Assembly: GCA_043811915.1 (NCBI GenBank)
Contig: JBDRMS010000009.1
Location: forward strand, 9,960-73,959
Direction of reading: 5' to 3'
DNA: 64,000 nucleotides
DNA from: a bacterium
GTDB taxonomy: Bacteria > Patescibacteriota > Andersenbacteria > UBA10190
Below, in pieces: positions 41,109 to 50,529 of the stretch (position 1 is the stretch's first letter; each line of letters starts with the position of its first letter). The notes beneath the pieces were generated by a model. That model did no database searches. It had not been told where the DNA came from and was given only the letters and a program-made list of their open reading frames with translations. Both the position numbers and the translations under genes were made by a program.

Positions 41109-41658
41109 ACAAGATTTTAGCTATTTCTGCCCGATGGCGAGCGAACACATTTTTTACTAACTCGTTCACCAGCGCATTCACTTCAACCTCGGCATCGCTA
41201 TACACAAAACCGCCATCACCCGACACCGTTTTATCTTTAATCTTAAGACCTTTCTTTTCAGCCTCGCGCGACACTACTTCCTGATGTTTTTCACCCGCCG
41301 TTACTGATCCTTTTCCTTCGGGCAACTGCGCCAGCAAGGTTTTTATTAAGGATTTTACCTTGTTCTCATCCCAGGACATTATTGTATCTACGGCATTCCG
41401 TGTCGTCTTATTCAGCTCCTCCTGTTTAACTCGCAGAATATCAGCCCGTGCCGCCAGTTGAGCTTCCTGGTGCAGGCTTTTAACTTGCCGTTCTCCCTCC
41501 GCTCTGGCCTGATCGATAATATCCTCTTCCACTTCCTTGGCACGTTCCTTTATTCTATTCTCCTCCTTCTCTACTTCCTGCCGATAACGTTCTTTTGTGG
41601 CCTCCGCCTGCTCACGGGCTTCAGTAATTAATGTCTGTTGTAGTTGCGTAAACGACAT
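41101..41658 (-). CDS. ntpE: V/A-type ATPase subunit E
   Basis: 185 aa with a long N-terminal coiled coil (EAREQAEATKERYRQEVEKEE). Confidence 0.7.
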   Translation of the reverse strand: MSFTQLQQTLITEAREQAEATKERYRQEVEKEENRIKERAKEVEEDIIDQARAEGERQVKSLHQEAQLAARADILRVKQEELNKTTRNAVDTIMSWDENKVKSLIKTLLAQLPEGKGSVTAGEKHQEVVSREAEKKGLKIKDKTVSGDGGFVYSDAEVEVNALVNELVKNVFARHRAEIAKILFE

Positions 41659-42131
41659 TACAACCCCAGTCCGTTGATCAGTAGAATACTAACCAGTAAG
41701 CCCAACACAGCGTACGTCTCCACAATGGCCGAGATAATCACTCCCTTACCAGAGGCATCTGGTTTTTTAGCTGTAATATTAACAGCTGCCGCGCATACTC
41801 GTCCCTGAAATAAACCAGAGAAAAGACCAGCTATACCAACTGGCAATGAAGCCACTAGTACCTGCCACCCCTGGGCTACACTTAAGTCGGCCAGCTCGCC
41901 GCCCAGCAGTCCGATAGCGTTAGCAATAATAATGGCGGCCAAAAAGCCGTAAATACCCTGTGAGCCAGGCAGTGCTGTCAGGAGAAGCACTTTACCAAAC
42001 TTATCAGGATCTTCAGAGATAACACCAGCACTGGCTTGCGCCGCTGTGCGTACTCCGAATATTGACCCCAGACCAGCTAATGATGCTGCCAGGGCCGCCC
42101 CCCCTAATGCAATCACGATTCCGTAAGGCAT
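41658..42131 (-). CDS. ntpK: V/A-type ATPase subunit K (proteolipid c, double hairpin)
   Basis: 157 aa with 4 TM and Gly/Ala-rich helices. Confidence 0.85.
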   Translation of the reverse strand: MPYGIVIALGGAALAASLAGLGSIFGVRTAAQASAGVISEDPDKFGKVLLLTALPGSQGIYGFLAAIIIANAIGLLGGELADLSVAQGWQVLVASLPVGIAGLFSGLFQGRVCAAAVNITAKKPDASGKGVIISAIVETYAVLGLLVSILLINGLGL

Positions 42132-42170
42132 AGTTTATTTGTTATAAATTAATGATTTTAAAGATTAATA

Positions 42171-44162
42171 TTAAACGAATTCGTTAGGATTATCAACGTA
42201 ATGGCTGACTCGACCCAGTGGTTTGTATGATTCCCCGCCCCCCTCCAGAAATTTAGGAAAGAACTCAACAAACTGCAGACGACCGGAATGAATAAAGGCG
42301 CCTAAAGCATTGATCCCCAGATTAAACACATGGCCTACCAGTAAAACAACTGCCGCCAATAAATATCCTACTATTGGGATTGAATCCACTACCATACCAC
42401 TAATCATGTTGACCACCAGGGCAATAATTCCTGTTGCCAGCCCCAGGGCCAATAGCCGGGAATAACTCAAGGTATCACTCAAAAAGCTTACTAATCCATA
42501 CAAGCTAAGGACTCCTACTCCCACTTTCAACAAAGGGTTCTTATAAGAGCGCCCCTGGGTCAAAATCAAAATACCGGCGTTAACCAGCACCAAATTAAGC
42601 AATGGCCCGCTAAGCGACGTCGACAAAACACCACGCGCGCTGCCCGCCCAGGTCAGCAGGAAAATTATCATGGTAATCCAGGCCACATCGTCAAATAGCA
42701 CTGCCACATATTGCTTCTGCCGCCAATGATCATAACCTCTTACCACCCAGGCAAACAGCAGCTGCATAATTCCCACCGCAAAAGCCACCAGCAGCAAAGT
42801 CATAGGCGAACTTACCGGGTCAAGTAATTTAACCGACAACAACAAATCACGGACATCACTCTTCGGCAGGTTCCCCAGGTTAATACCAAACCAGCCGCCG
42901 GTTAGCGCTCCAAATATCAAGGTTGACGCCCCGGCATAAAACAATAGTCTAATCATTTTACGCATACTCTTCTTCAAGCGGAAAAATTTCCCCGCTGCCC
43001 ACATCAAAAGCATCATCACAATACCGTAACCAGCGTCCGTTAGTGCCAGGCCAAAAGCCACCAAAAAGAAAATAGATAGCGCCGGCGACGGGTCCAGCTC
43101 ATTATATTTAGGTTTTCCGTAAATATCTGTTACTACCTCGAAAGGTTGCACATAAGGCTTATTATCAAAAAGCACCGGCCTCTTCTCTTTTTTTCCTGGC
43201 CTGGCCTGTTCAATACACGCTGTCGGGAAATATTTTTTTAGATCCTCCGTAAATTTCTCCAGCCGTCGCTGCGGTATCCAACCCGATATTATCACCGCCA
43301 GCGACAGTCGTCCCATCGTCTGCCTGGTCGTCAATCGTTCCTTATGATGCAACAAGGCATCGTAAGCAAATTTTAACTGGCGCTCCAGTTTTACAAACTT
43401 TTCTGCCCCCTCCAGCAAGCGCACCTCTTCAGCCGCTAAATTGTCCACCTGTTGCTTCAGACCATCAGCGTATTCAGATACCGTTTTTTGGTCTGGCACA
43501 TCAAGCGTTATCAACTCGGTGTTTGTTTGCTGTATTACATCGATCAACTTATCGGCTTCGCTATTGTGCACCACCACCTCCAAATATACCGTACCGCCCT
43601 TTTTTTCTGCCAATCTGCCCACTTCATTCAAAGCCAAAGTACCAATATTCTGCATTCTTTTCTTAACCAGTAACGACTCCTGCACACTAACTGACAACAG
43701 GTAGTGGCGTACCACACCACTTTTTCTCATTTCCTTACCCGTGATCTTTAACCCCTGCCATGGCGCAACCTCTTTCTCCGCATCAATTATTTCCTGGTGC
43801 TTCGCTCTATTCTGCACTAACAAATCATTGCGCTGGCGAATCTCTTCCAATAAATTACTCGTTTCCAAAGACTCCCACACCTGTTCCAGGCGTTCCAGAG
43901 TAGCCTGCGGTTTAGCAGCAAACAGATGTCTTATTGAGCGCTTTTCCTCCAGGCGCAGGTCTTTCTTAACTCTCCCGATAAACTCCAGCGCAAACTGTAA
44001 CTGGGCTAATTGATAGTTAAGCTCTCCCTCTCCGGCACTGTTGGCTTTATTCTTGTGCGTTGCCGTCACGTGCAAAACTTCCTTTTCCTGCAACCAGCGT
44101 AACAGATTTTCCTCCTCGCGTTTAGGTACAGCTATCTGCACTTTGGTCATCTCGGCAATCAT
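42171..44162 (-). CDS. ntpI: V/A-type ATPase subunit I (a)
   Basis: 663 aa with a soluble coiled-coil N-terminal half and a polytopic C-terminal half. Confidence 0.85.
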   Translation of the reverse strand: MIAEMTKVQIAVPKREEENLLRWLQEKEVLHVTATHKNKANSAGEGELNYQLAQLQFALEFIGRVKKDLRLEEKRSIRHLFAAKPQATLERLEQVWESLETSNLLEEIRQRNDLLVQNRAKHQEIIDAEKEVAPWQGLKITGKEMRKSGVVRHYLLSVSVQESLLVKKRMQNIGTLALNEVGRLAEKKGGTVYLEVVVHNSEADKLIDVIQQTNTELITLDVPDQKTVSEYADGLKQQVDNLAAEEVRLLEGAEKFVKLERQLKFAYDALLHHKERLTTRQTMGRLSLAVIISGWIPQRRLEKFTEDLKKYFPTACIEQARPGKKEKRPVLFDNKPYVQPFEVVTDIYGKPKYNELDPSPALSIFFLVAFGLALTDAGYGIVMMLLMWAAGKFFRLKKSMRKMIRLLFYAGASTLIFGALTGGWFGINLGNLPKSDVRDLLLSVKLLDPVSSPMTLLLVAFAVGIMQLLFAWVVRGYDHWRQKQYVAVLFDDVAWITMIIFLLTWAGSARGVLSTSLSGPLLNLVLVNAGILILTQGRSYKNPLLKVGVGVLSLYGLVSFLSDTLSYSRLLALGLATGIIALVVNMISGMVVDSIPIVGYLLAAVVLLVGHVFNLGINALGAFIHSGRLQFVEFFPKFLEGGGESYKPLGRVSHYVDNPNEFV

Positions 44163-44479
44163 GCCGTATATTCCTTAGCAAACAGCGCTACCACCTTGTC
44201 CGTCGCTTGTTGTCTGTTACCATCCGCTATTTTGTGCAAGGCTGCCACGGACCGCTCCCTATCCTGCTTCATAGCGTTTATCTCCGCTTGGGTTTTTTGC
44301 ACCTGTTCTCTAATAATTTGCTGCCCCTGTTTTTCTGCTCTCACTCGTACCTCTTCCACCACATCACCTTCAGCCGCTCGGATATCTGACAACTGCTCCC
44401 GGCAATCTTTCTCCACTTGAGCAAGACGGTCCTTAATCTCTTGTTCTACTTGGTCCACTTTATCTAGTAGGCTTTCCAT
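44159..44479 (-). CDS. ntpF: V/A-type ATPase subunit G/H (ntpF-like)
   Basis: 106-aa charged coiled coil, first gene of the operon. Confidence 0.6.
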   Translation of the reverse strand: MESLLDKVDQVEQEIKDRLAQVEKDCREQLSDIRAAEGDVVEEVRVRAEKQGQQIIREQVQKTQAEINAMKQDRERSVAALHKIADGNRQQATDKVVALFAKEYTA

Positions 44480-44541
44480 AATCTCTTTCCATTATAAATA
44501 AAATCCGCTCAAGTGCGGACCAAAAAACCATAACCTTTCCA

Positions 44542-44569
44542 TTCTATATACCGCGCGGCTCACTGTCAA
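44542..44569 (-). promoter_or_regulatory. sigma70-type promoter TTGACA-17-TAGAAT for the V/A-ATPase operon
   Basis: Minus strand: -35 TTGACA at 44564..44569 and -10 TAGAAT at 44542..44547. A leader hairpin TCCGCACTTGAGCGGA plus U-run follows at about 44498..44520. Confidence 0.45.
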
Positions 44570-44676
44570 GAACCCTTAGATATTGCCATGACAAAACAAA
44601 TATTGTCTAATATCCAGTCGTAACCCAAACCAGGCCGACGTAATAGCCGACCTGGTTTTTGGCTCAAAAAATATCT

Positions 44677-45234
44677 TTACAGCTTTTCAATCACTTCCTT
44701 GGCTCCGTCGACGCTACTTCCCAACACGTCTTTGACTGACTCCACCGCCTCCGTGCTCACCTTACCTGCCGCATCGATAGCGCCCGTCACTGCATTGGTT
44801 GTAGCAGTGCCTACGTCCCCGCCCACTTCTTTTACCGCATCAACAGCGCCTTGCACAGCGCCAACTGCAGCTCCAGTTACATCACCACCTAAATCGCTAG
44901 TGCCCTGCACTGCCGCCGACACCGTGTTCTTCACCACACTGCCAACATCACCGCCGGCTTCTGATACGCCTTTTATTGTACCGCGCACCACGCCGGTTAC
45001 AGCATTTGTCCCGGCTTTGCCAGCTGCTTCAGTGCCTTGCAGTGCGCCCACTACAACATCGCTGACGTTTTCTACCGCCGTCGTGGTAATGTCGCCGGCT
45101 CCCTCCAGGAACGAAACAACATTGCCTCGCACCGTGTCAAACAAAGTGTCATACACTTCATCGACCCCCTCCAACACTCCAACAATAGTGTTTTTTATTT
45201 TTTCTCCTAATTCCCCTAAAACACTGTCTGTCAT
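44677..45234 (-). CDS. Gly/Ala/Val-rich periodic-repeat protein (LEA/apolipoprotein-like amphipathic repeats)
   Basis: 185 aa with repeating GGDVG..AV.GA.. units. The minus frame is preferred over the antisense Pro/Ser/Thr-rich ORF 44699..45247, based on gene direction in the neighbourhood and an AT-rich upstream region. Confidence 0.4.
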   Translation of the reverse strand: MTDSVLGELGEKIKNTIVGVLEGVDEVYDTLFDTVRGNVVSFLEGAGDITTTAVENVSDVVVGALQGTEAAGKAGTNAVTGVVRGTIKGVSEAGGDVGSVVKNTVSAAVQGTSDLGGDVTGAAVGAVQGAVDAVKEVGGDVGTATTNAVTGAIDAAGKVSTEAVESVKDVLGSSVDGAKEVIEKL

Positions 45235-45304
45235 AGTTAAAATATAATAATAATTAATAAGTTAATTTATCCACACCCCCTATACTATTCTAGCACGTAG
45301 TATT

Positions 45305-46072
45305 CTATTTTGCTTCAAACTCACTCACTGCTGTCCTGTAGCGGCACCAGTCACAATCCTGCCCCGCCGTGGGCAGCTCCTCCCCCATTAGGCATTCCTT
45401 AATGTCGTATAATGTCTCATCCACCCAATCCGACTTACCCGTGTATGGCAAAATAGTTACATCAAACTCAAGCTTACCGTCGAAAGCCTCTCTATCTGTC
45501 CGTCCGTTAGCATAAACGAAGTACCCCGTATTTGAGACTTTAAAATCATTTTGCCGCAACAACCACTGATATACTTCAATTTGCCTTTTGTAACTTATCT
45601 GCCACGGTGCCTCCAGATTTACCTGCCCGTTCTTGGCCGTCGCCTTATAATCCACCACAATAAGCTCACCTGCCGGATTCACCCATACATCATCAATTCC
45701 GCCGGATATCGTGAGATTAGTTGGCTTGTGGTAATGTCGTACTCCCCGAAAAGGGTCTCGCCACATGTCCAAATCATTATGCTGATAAGGCACCGCCTCT
45801 ATTTCATACGTCTTCATTAAAGGATGCTGTTCCTGCCTGACCCGGTGTATATCGAATTCCTTTTTAAACAAAGTATCAACAGCCGAATTCAAATTAAAAG
45901 GAAAACCGGGCGGGCGCGCTACCCCCAAACGTCTGTCCAGATAAAAACAGCGCGGACAATCCTGGAATAAATCTATTTTTGACCGGCTGATGTTAAAAGA
46001 CTCCCTTGCAACCGGGTCAAAGACTCCCCTTACCCGCTTAGGATTATAGTACTGCGACATGCCGCTCATCAT
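45305..46072 (-). CDS. PD-(D/E)xK nuclease, RecB/Cas4-like with four Cys
   Basis: Motifs VVDYKATAKNG (D/ExK) and RQIEVYQWL (QxxxY). Cys pairs CPRC (N-terminal) and CDWC (C-terminal). Confidence 0.6.
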   Translation of the reverse strand: MMSGMSQYYNPKRVRGVFDPVARESFNISRSKIDLFQDCPRCFYLDRRLGVARPPGFPFNLNSAVDTLFKKEFDIHRVRQEQHPLMKTYEIEAVPYQHNDLDMWRDPFRGVRHYHKPTNLTISGGIDDVWVNPAGELIVVDYKATAKNGQVNLEAPWQISYKRQIEVYQWLLRQNDFKVSNTGYFVYANGRTDREAFDGKLEFDVTILPYTGKSDWVDETLYDIKECLMGEELPTAGQDCDWCRYRTAVSEFEAK

Positions 46073-46162
46073 AGCCTATTGTCCGCTGCCGGTCTATGTG
46101 ATACATTACCAGGCCTGTTCGTTATTAAATTTTTCGGCGTCAATTAATTAAAGGAGACAGCT

Positions 46163-46597
46163 GTGAGCGTAGTAGACAAAAATCGTCCTATACTGCTTAT
46201 AAACGCTTCCGGTGACCAAAATTCAACCGTGCAGGAGTGCACTGCATTCCTGGGTCAACACTGGTCTGCCGGAGTTGAAATCTGGCCAGACACACCAAGC
46301 CATCCCGCTGCAGCCATAGTTCTTTGTGGAAGCAAAGATCTGAAAAATGGTCAGGCACGATGCCTTCGACTATTAATAAGCTGGCGCGTACCAGTACTGG
46401 TCATCAATACCAGCGGCCGCCACAACTACTCCTGGGCCAACCTGGCGACACGTAACAATCGCGTCAAGTACGCTGTCGCTGACGGCAAAGCCTGGTACGA
46501 CGTCTGCTTTCACTTTTTGCACTCTCTTAAGCAGAGTCTGGAAGCAAACGACTTCAGGCTCCTGGCCACATCCCTCAACGAACGCCAGCAACTCTAA
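46163..46597 (+). CDS. hypothetical protein (144 aa)
   Basis: GTG start with AAAGGAG SD. No recognisable domain. Followed by a terminator. Confidence 0.45.
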   Translation: MSVVDKNRPILLINASGDQNSTVQECTAFLGQHWSAGVEIWPDTPSHPAAAIVLCGSKDLKNGQARCLRLLISWRVPVLVINTSGRHNYSWANLATRNNRVKYAVADGKAWYDVCFHFLHSLKQSLEANDFRLLATSLNERQQL

Positions 46598-46606
46598 ACT
46601 CAAACC

Positions 46607-46636
46607 GCATCAGCGTAAAACACCTGATGCTTTTTT
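46607..46636. terminator. bidirectional rho-independent terminator GCATCAG-N10-CTGATGC-TTTTTT
   Basis: Hairpin flanked by T-runs, between convergent genes 46163..46597 (+) and 46635..47060 (-). Confidence 0.55.
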
Positions 46637-47060
46637 ATTTCAGCAGTTCAATCTTACCAATCAGCGGCAACGGCTTGGTCTCCCCGTTGGATGCGTTGAT
46701 GATACCCATAATCATGAAGACAACGCCCCCGATGCAAACAATCGGGTACAGCAGCGCGCCAATGAAAATAAACATCAACATCGAAGCCAAAACACTACCG
46801 ACCACCCACCATAACAACAAATTCAACTGCTGATTAGCGTGGTACTTGGCAAACCGATTACCTTTAGCTTCTTCAGACAACAGGGGAATAAAGAATAAAA
46901 ATGGCAAAATATAACCCAAAATAGCTATGGTCTTGTGTTGACTGTCATCACCACTCGCCGGAGGCGGCGGCTGTGGAGGCATCGGCCCCGGCTGTTGTGG
47001 CTGCCCTTGATTCAATTGCTCTTCATTCATAAATATTTTTTTATTTAGACAAGTTAACAA
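46635..47060 (-). CDS. DUF4870-like membrane protein with Pro/Gln-rich N-terminus
   Basis: 141 aa with a PQ-rich low-complexity N-terminus and a conserved-looking AKYHANQQL motif between TM helices. Confidence 0.5.
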   Translation of the reverse strand: MLTCLNKKIFMNEEQLNQGQPQQPGPMPPQPPPPASGDDSQHKTIAILGYILPFLFFIPLLSEEAKGNRFAKYHANQQLNLLLWWVVGSVLASMLMFIFIGALLYPIVCIGGVVFMIMGIINASNGETKPLPLIGKIELLK

Positions 47061-47169
47061 TCTAAGTGTATCACACCCCCCTCTCTTGTCCTAATGACAA
47101 TAAACAAAAAAAGAGCCCGCCAGGAATGGGGGCTGAAAAAATGTGTCTCTTCTCTTCTCTTGTCTCGTC

Positions 47170-47337
47170 TCAACTCGAAAGCTGGTCCAGTTGAGCCTCT
47201 TTTCGTGCCTTACGCCATGCCTCAGCTTCCTCAATCCAACGGTCATAATCAGCATCTTCGGCCGGCGGTAACGGCAGTCTCTCCGGTTCTCTTCCCCTTG
47301 CGGCTACGCATTTAATCTGATCATTCTCTGATGGCAT
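47170..47337 (-). CDS. small hypothetical protein (55 aa) with strong SD
   Basis: Not in the >=60 aa ORF track. AAGGAGA lies 7 nt upstream of the ATG. Followed by a hairpin/T-run terminator at about 47115..47145. Confidence 0.3.
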   Translation of the reverse strand: MPSENDQIKCVAARGREPERLPLPPAEDADYDRWIEEAEAWRKARKEAQLDQLSS

Positions 47338-47448
47338 CCGTGTTTCTCCTTAATCTCAAGACAGGGTCAAAAGGTACAACGTTCATACCCTGTCATACTA
47401 GTTATGAAAATGCAAGACAACTTTTCCACTTCATCCACATAAGGGCTC

Positions 47449-48465
47449 TTAGATCATCTTCCTCTTTATTAAACTCCTTACGCTGTCCACGATTGCGTCC
47501 ACGTCCATTCGATACTTCCTTAACAATTCTTCCGGCTCCCCTGATTCGCCAAACGAATCATGCATACCAATAAACTTCATTGGCACTGGATAAGTCTCGG
47601 CCAGAAACTCTGCTACAGCACTACCTACTCCGCCCATTACCTGGTGTTCTTCACATGTCACCACCGCCCCGCACTCTTTAGCCGCCTGGGTAATAGTCTT
47701 TTCATCAAGTGGCTTAACAGATGGACAATTAATTACCCGGCAGGAAATATCTTTTTCAATTAATCGGTCAGCCGCCATCAACGCCGTATGCACAATAGGA
47801 CCAGCCGCGATTATAGCTACGTCATTACCCTCACGGAACACTTGCGCTTTTCCCGGTTTAAATGGAGTTTTTTCTGTCGTGAACACCGGCGAAGCCGCCC
47901 GGGCAAAGCGAAAGTAAACCGGACCCTGTATCTTTATTGCTTCGTGCACCACCTTGCGTGTCTCTTCCATATCACATGGTACCAGCACTGTCATACGCGG
48001 CAGCACCCTGGTTAAAGCAATATCTTCCAGAGCTTGGTGTGTAGCCCCGTCCGGTCCAACCGATACTCCCGTGTGAGCCCCGGCGTATTTCACATTAGTG
48101 TCATTATAACAACCGGAAATACGAATCTGGTCCCAGTTGCGCCCGGGTGAAAATACGGCATAAGTAGAAATAAAAGGAACCTTCCCTTGCAAAGCCAGCC
48201 CCGCTGCCAGCACGGCCATGTTCTGCTCCTGAATACCAGCCTGAATAAACCGCTCCGGGAATCGGTCCCGGAATAGGGCAGTTTTGGTTGAATCAGATAA
48301 ATCTCCGCACAGTACTACTATTCTATCATCTCTCTCTCCTGCTTCCACTAAGCCCATCCCAAATCCATCTCGCGTCGGCGCCGTACCAACATCCTTACTT
48401 AAAGTATCTCTCTTTAAATATGCTTTCTTAGCCAACATAGTCTCCTGCCTGTTTATCCAGAGCAT
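47449..48465 (-). CDS. transketolase, C-terminal (pyrimidine-binding) subunit
   Basis: 338 aa. Split-transketolase arrangement. Confidence 0.85.
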   Translation of the reverse strand: MLWINRQETMLAKKAYLKRDTLSKDVGTAPTRDGFGMGLVEAGERDDRIVVLCGDLSDSTKTALFRDRFPERFIQAGIQEQNMAVLAAGLALQGKVPFISTYAVFSPGRNWDQIRISGCYNDTNVKYAGAHTGVSVGPDGATHQALEDIALTRVLPRMTVLVPCDMEETRKVVHEAIKIQGPVYFRFARAASPVFTTEKTPFKPGKAQVFREGNDVAIIAAGPIVHTALMAADRLIEKDISCRVINCPSVKPLDEKTITQAAKECGAVVTCEEHQVMGGVGSAVAEFLAETYPVPMKFIGMHDSFGESGEPEELLRKYRMDVDAIVDSVRSLIKRKMI

Positions 48466-49312
48466 TTAATTGCCTCAAGGCTTCTTTTATCTGCTGGTCC
48501 TTGGGCGGCGTTCTCTCTGTTTCTAGTTTACCTGGTGTCACACCATGCCAACGAAAATCATCTTCCATGAAATCAACTCCCTTACCCGGTGTAGTGTGTG
48601 CAATTATCAACACTGATTTTTCCACAATGGCCTTGGCCTCACGGCAGGCATCGATCAACTCCTCAATATTATGCCCGTCGGCATCAATCACATGCCAGCC
48701 AAAAGCCTCATATTTATCCCGCAGTGGCTCTTTAGTCATCACGTCTTCCGTCATGCCATCAATTTGAATATTGTTTCTATCCATAATGGCCGTCAGATGC
48801 TGTAATTTGTAGTGTCCCGCAAATGCAGCCGACTCCCATATTGAACCCTCATCCTGTTCGCCATCTGACATCACGCAAAAAGTCTGGTATCTTTTACCAT
48901 CCAGTTCTGCTGCCAAAGCTGAGCCACAAGCAATACCAAGTCCCTGGCCTAAACTGGCTGCCGACGATTCCACCCCCGGCACCGTCAACCTGTCTAAATG
49001 TCCTTGCAGACGCGTGCCTAACTTACGTAACGTTTTCAGTTCCTCGACGGGGAAAAATCCAGCCCGCGCCAGCGCCGCGTACCACACCGGCGCCGTATGA
49101 CCACAAGACACAAAAAGCCGGTCCCTATCCGGATCGTCTCTCCTTGCCGGGTCAATATTCATCACGTTGAAGTACAACACCGTAGCTATATCAGCCAAAC
49201 CCAGCGGTCCCGCCGTATGTCCCGAACCTGCCTCCGCCAGCATATTGATAATATCTTTACGCAAAGTATTCGCCATCCGATTCAGATCTCCCAGCTTCGT
49301 TAGCCTCTTCAT
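48428..49312 (-). CDS. transketolase, N-terminal (thiamine diphosphate-binding) subunit
   Basis: 294 aa with a TPP-binding motif (GDGEQDEGSIWE). Confidence 0.85.
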   Translation of the reverse strand: MKRLTKLGDLNRMANTLRKDIINMLAEAGSGHTAGPLGLADIATVLYFNVMNIDPARRDDPDRDRLFVSCGHTAPVWYAALARAGFFPVEELKTLRKLGTRLQGHLDRLTVPGVESSAASLGQGLGIACGSALAAELDGKRYQTFCVMSDGEQDEGSIWESAAFAGHYKLQHLTAIMDRNNIQIDGMTEDVMTKEPLRDKYEAFGWHVIDADGHNIEELIDACREAKAIVEKSVLIIAHTTPGKGVDFMEDDFRWHGVTPGKLETERTPPKDQQIKEALRQLNALDKQAGDYVG

Positions 49313-49320
49313 AAGGTTGA

Positions 49321-49998
49321 TTATAACACACTATCTTCAATCGCCGCTTCAGCCAGTAATCTCAACTGCTCCAGGCTTTCCAGTGGACTTCCCCGGCCAA
49401 AAATAGACGTATTGGCACACAAAATATCAGCCCCTGCTTTCACATAAGCCTCCACCGTTTCCTTACCAACATGCCCATCAACCGCCACCGGCATCTCGGC
49501 ATGCTTATCCTTAAACTGCCCCACCTTTCGATAAACCGCCGGGTTTATCTCTTGGCCCGCCCACCCCGGGTTGTAGCCCATAAACAGCACATAGTCGATT
49601 AGGCCTAAATATTCTTCCAGTCGTTCATTCGGTGTCTCTGGATTTACTGCCAGCGCCAGCTCGCTACTTGTTGCTTCCCGCAATTTTTCATAAGCAAAAA
49701 AAAGGTCATTTGTCCCGGAAAACGCTTCCAGATGAAATACACACCGAGCCGGATTTAAATCAATAACATCATCCACAAAATTAGCCGGGGTATGCACCAT
49801 TAAATGCAGTTCCGCCTTCTCGCTTTTCGTTAATTGCTTGAGCCGTCTGATATTTCTGAACGTTGGCTCTCCGGCGAATACGCCATCTGTCACATCAATT
49901 TGAATATGCATGGCCGCTTCACGGACTTTATCCCAATCCTCCTCTATTTTCTCGAATGTCTTGCGCAGGATGGCTGGTACTATCTCAACCATTCTCAT
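49321..49998 (-). CDS. rpe: ribulose-phosphate 3-epimerase
   Basis: 225 aa TIM barrel with IQIDVTDG and MGYNPGWAGQ motifs. Confidence 0.85.
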   Translation of the reverse strand: MRMVEIVPAILRKTFEKIEEDWDKVREAAMHIQIDVTDGVFAGEPTFRNIRRLKQLTKSEKAELHLMVHTPANFVDDVIDLNPARCVFHLEAFSGTNDLFFAYEKLREATSSELALAVNPETPNERLEEYLGLIDYVLFMGYNPGWAGQEINPAVYRKVGQFKDKHAEMPVAVDGHVGKETVEAYVKAGADILCANTSIFGRGSPLESLEQLRLLAEAAIEDSVL

Positions 49999-50461
49999 AT
50001 CGGGTAATTTTATCTATTCGCCGCCGATGTCGCGCTGCTCCGGAAAAGTTTGTTTCCAGTACCGCCTTGATTATACCCTTGGCCTGCTCCTCACTAATAA
50101 AATCAGTCCCAATGGAAATCACATTAACATCGTCGTCCCGCTTGGCCGCCACTGCCAGCTTGACGTCATGGGCCAGCACAGCTCTCACCCCGTCTACCTT
50201 GTTTGCCGCTATTCCCATACCCACCCCCGACCCGCATACAGCCACCCCAAAACTGCCCGGCTCCGCCGCCACTTTCTTCGCCAGCACAAAACCAAAGTCC
50301 GGGTAATCGTCATCCTTATCTGATTCCGTCGCTCCCAGGTCCGCCGTCTCATACCCTTCGCCTTTAAGCCAGTCACGCAAAATATTTTTGAGCTCCAGGC
50401 CTCGATGGTCCGCCGCCAGGAAAACTTTCATACACTTAACTATACACGCTTGACTTATCAT
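49985..50461 (-). CDS. rpiB: ribose-5-phosphate isomerase B
   Basis: 158 aa with the RpiB/LacAB motif VAVCGSGVGMGIAANK. Confidence 0.85.
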   Translation of the reverse strand: MISQACIVKCMKVFLAADHRGLELKNILRDWLKGEGYETADLGATESDKDDDYPDFGFVLAKKVAAEPGSFGVAVCGSGVGMGIAANKVDGVRAVLAHDVKLAVAAKRDDDVNVISIGTDFISEEQAKGIIKAVLETNFSGAARHRRRIDKITRYENG

Positions 50462-50529
50462 CCCGCCAGTGCTATTTACTTACAGCGCAGGCCATATTTG
50501 ATCGCACCTTTTATTTTAAAGAGAAAAAA

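Noticed and set aside
44699-45247. 182-aa Pro/Ser/Thr-rich plus-strand ORF
   Set aside because: Mirror of the minus-strand repeat protein. Kept only as an alternative, because neighbouring genes and the AT-rich upstream region favour the minus strand. This remains uncertain.
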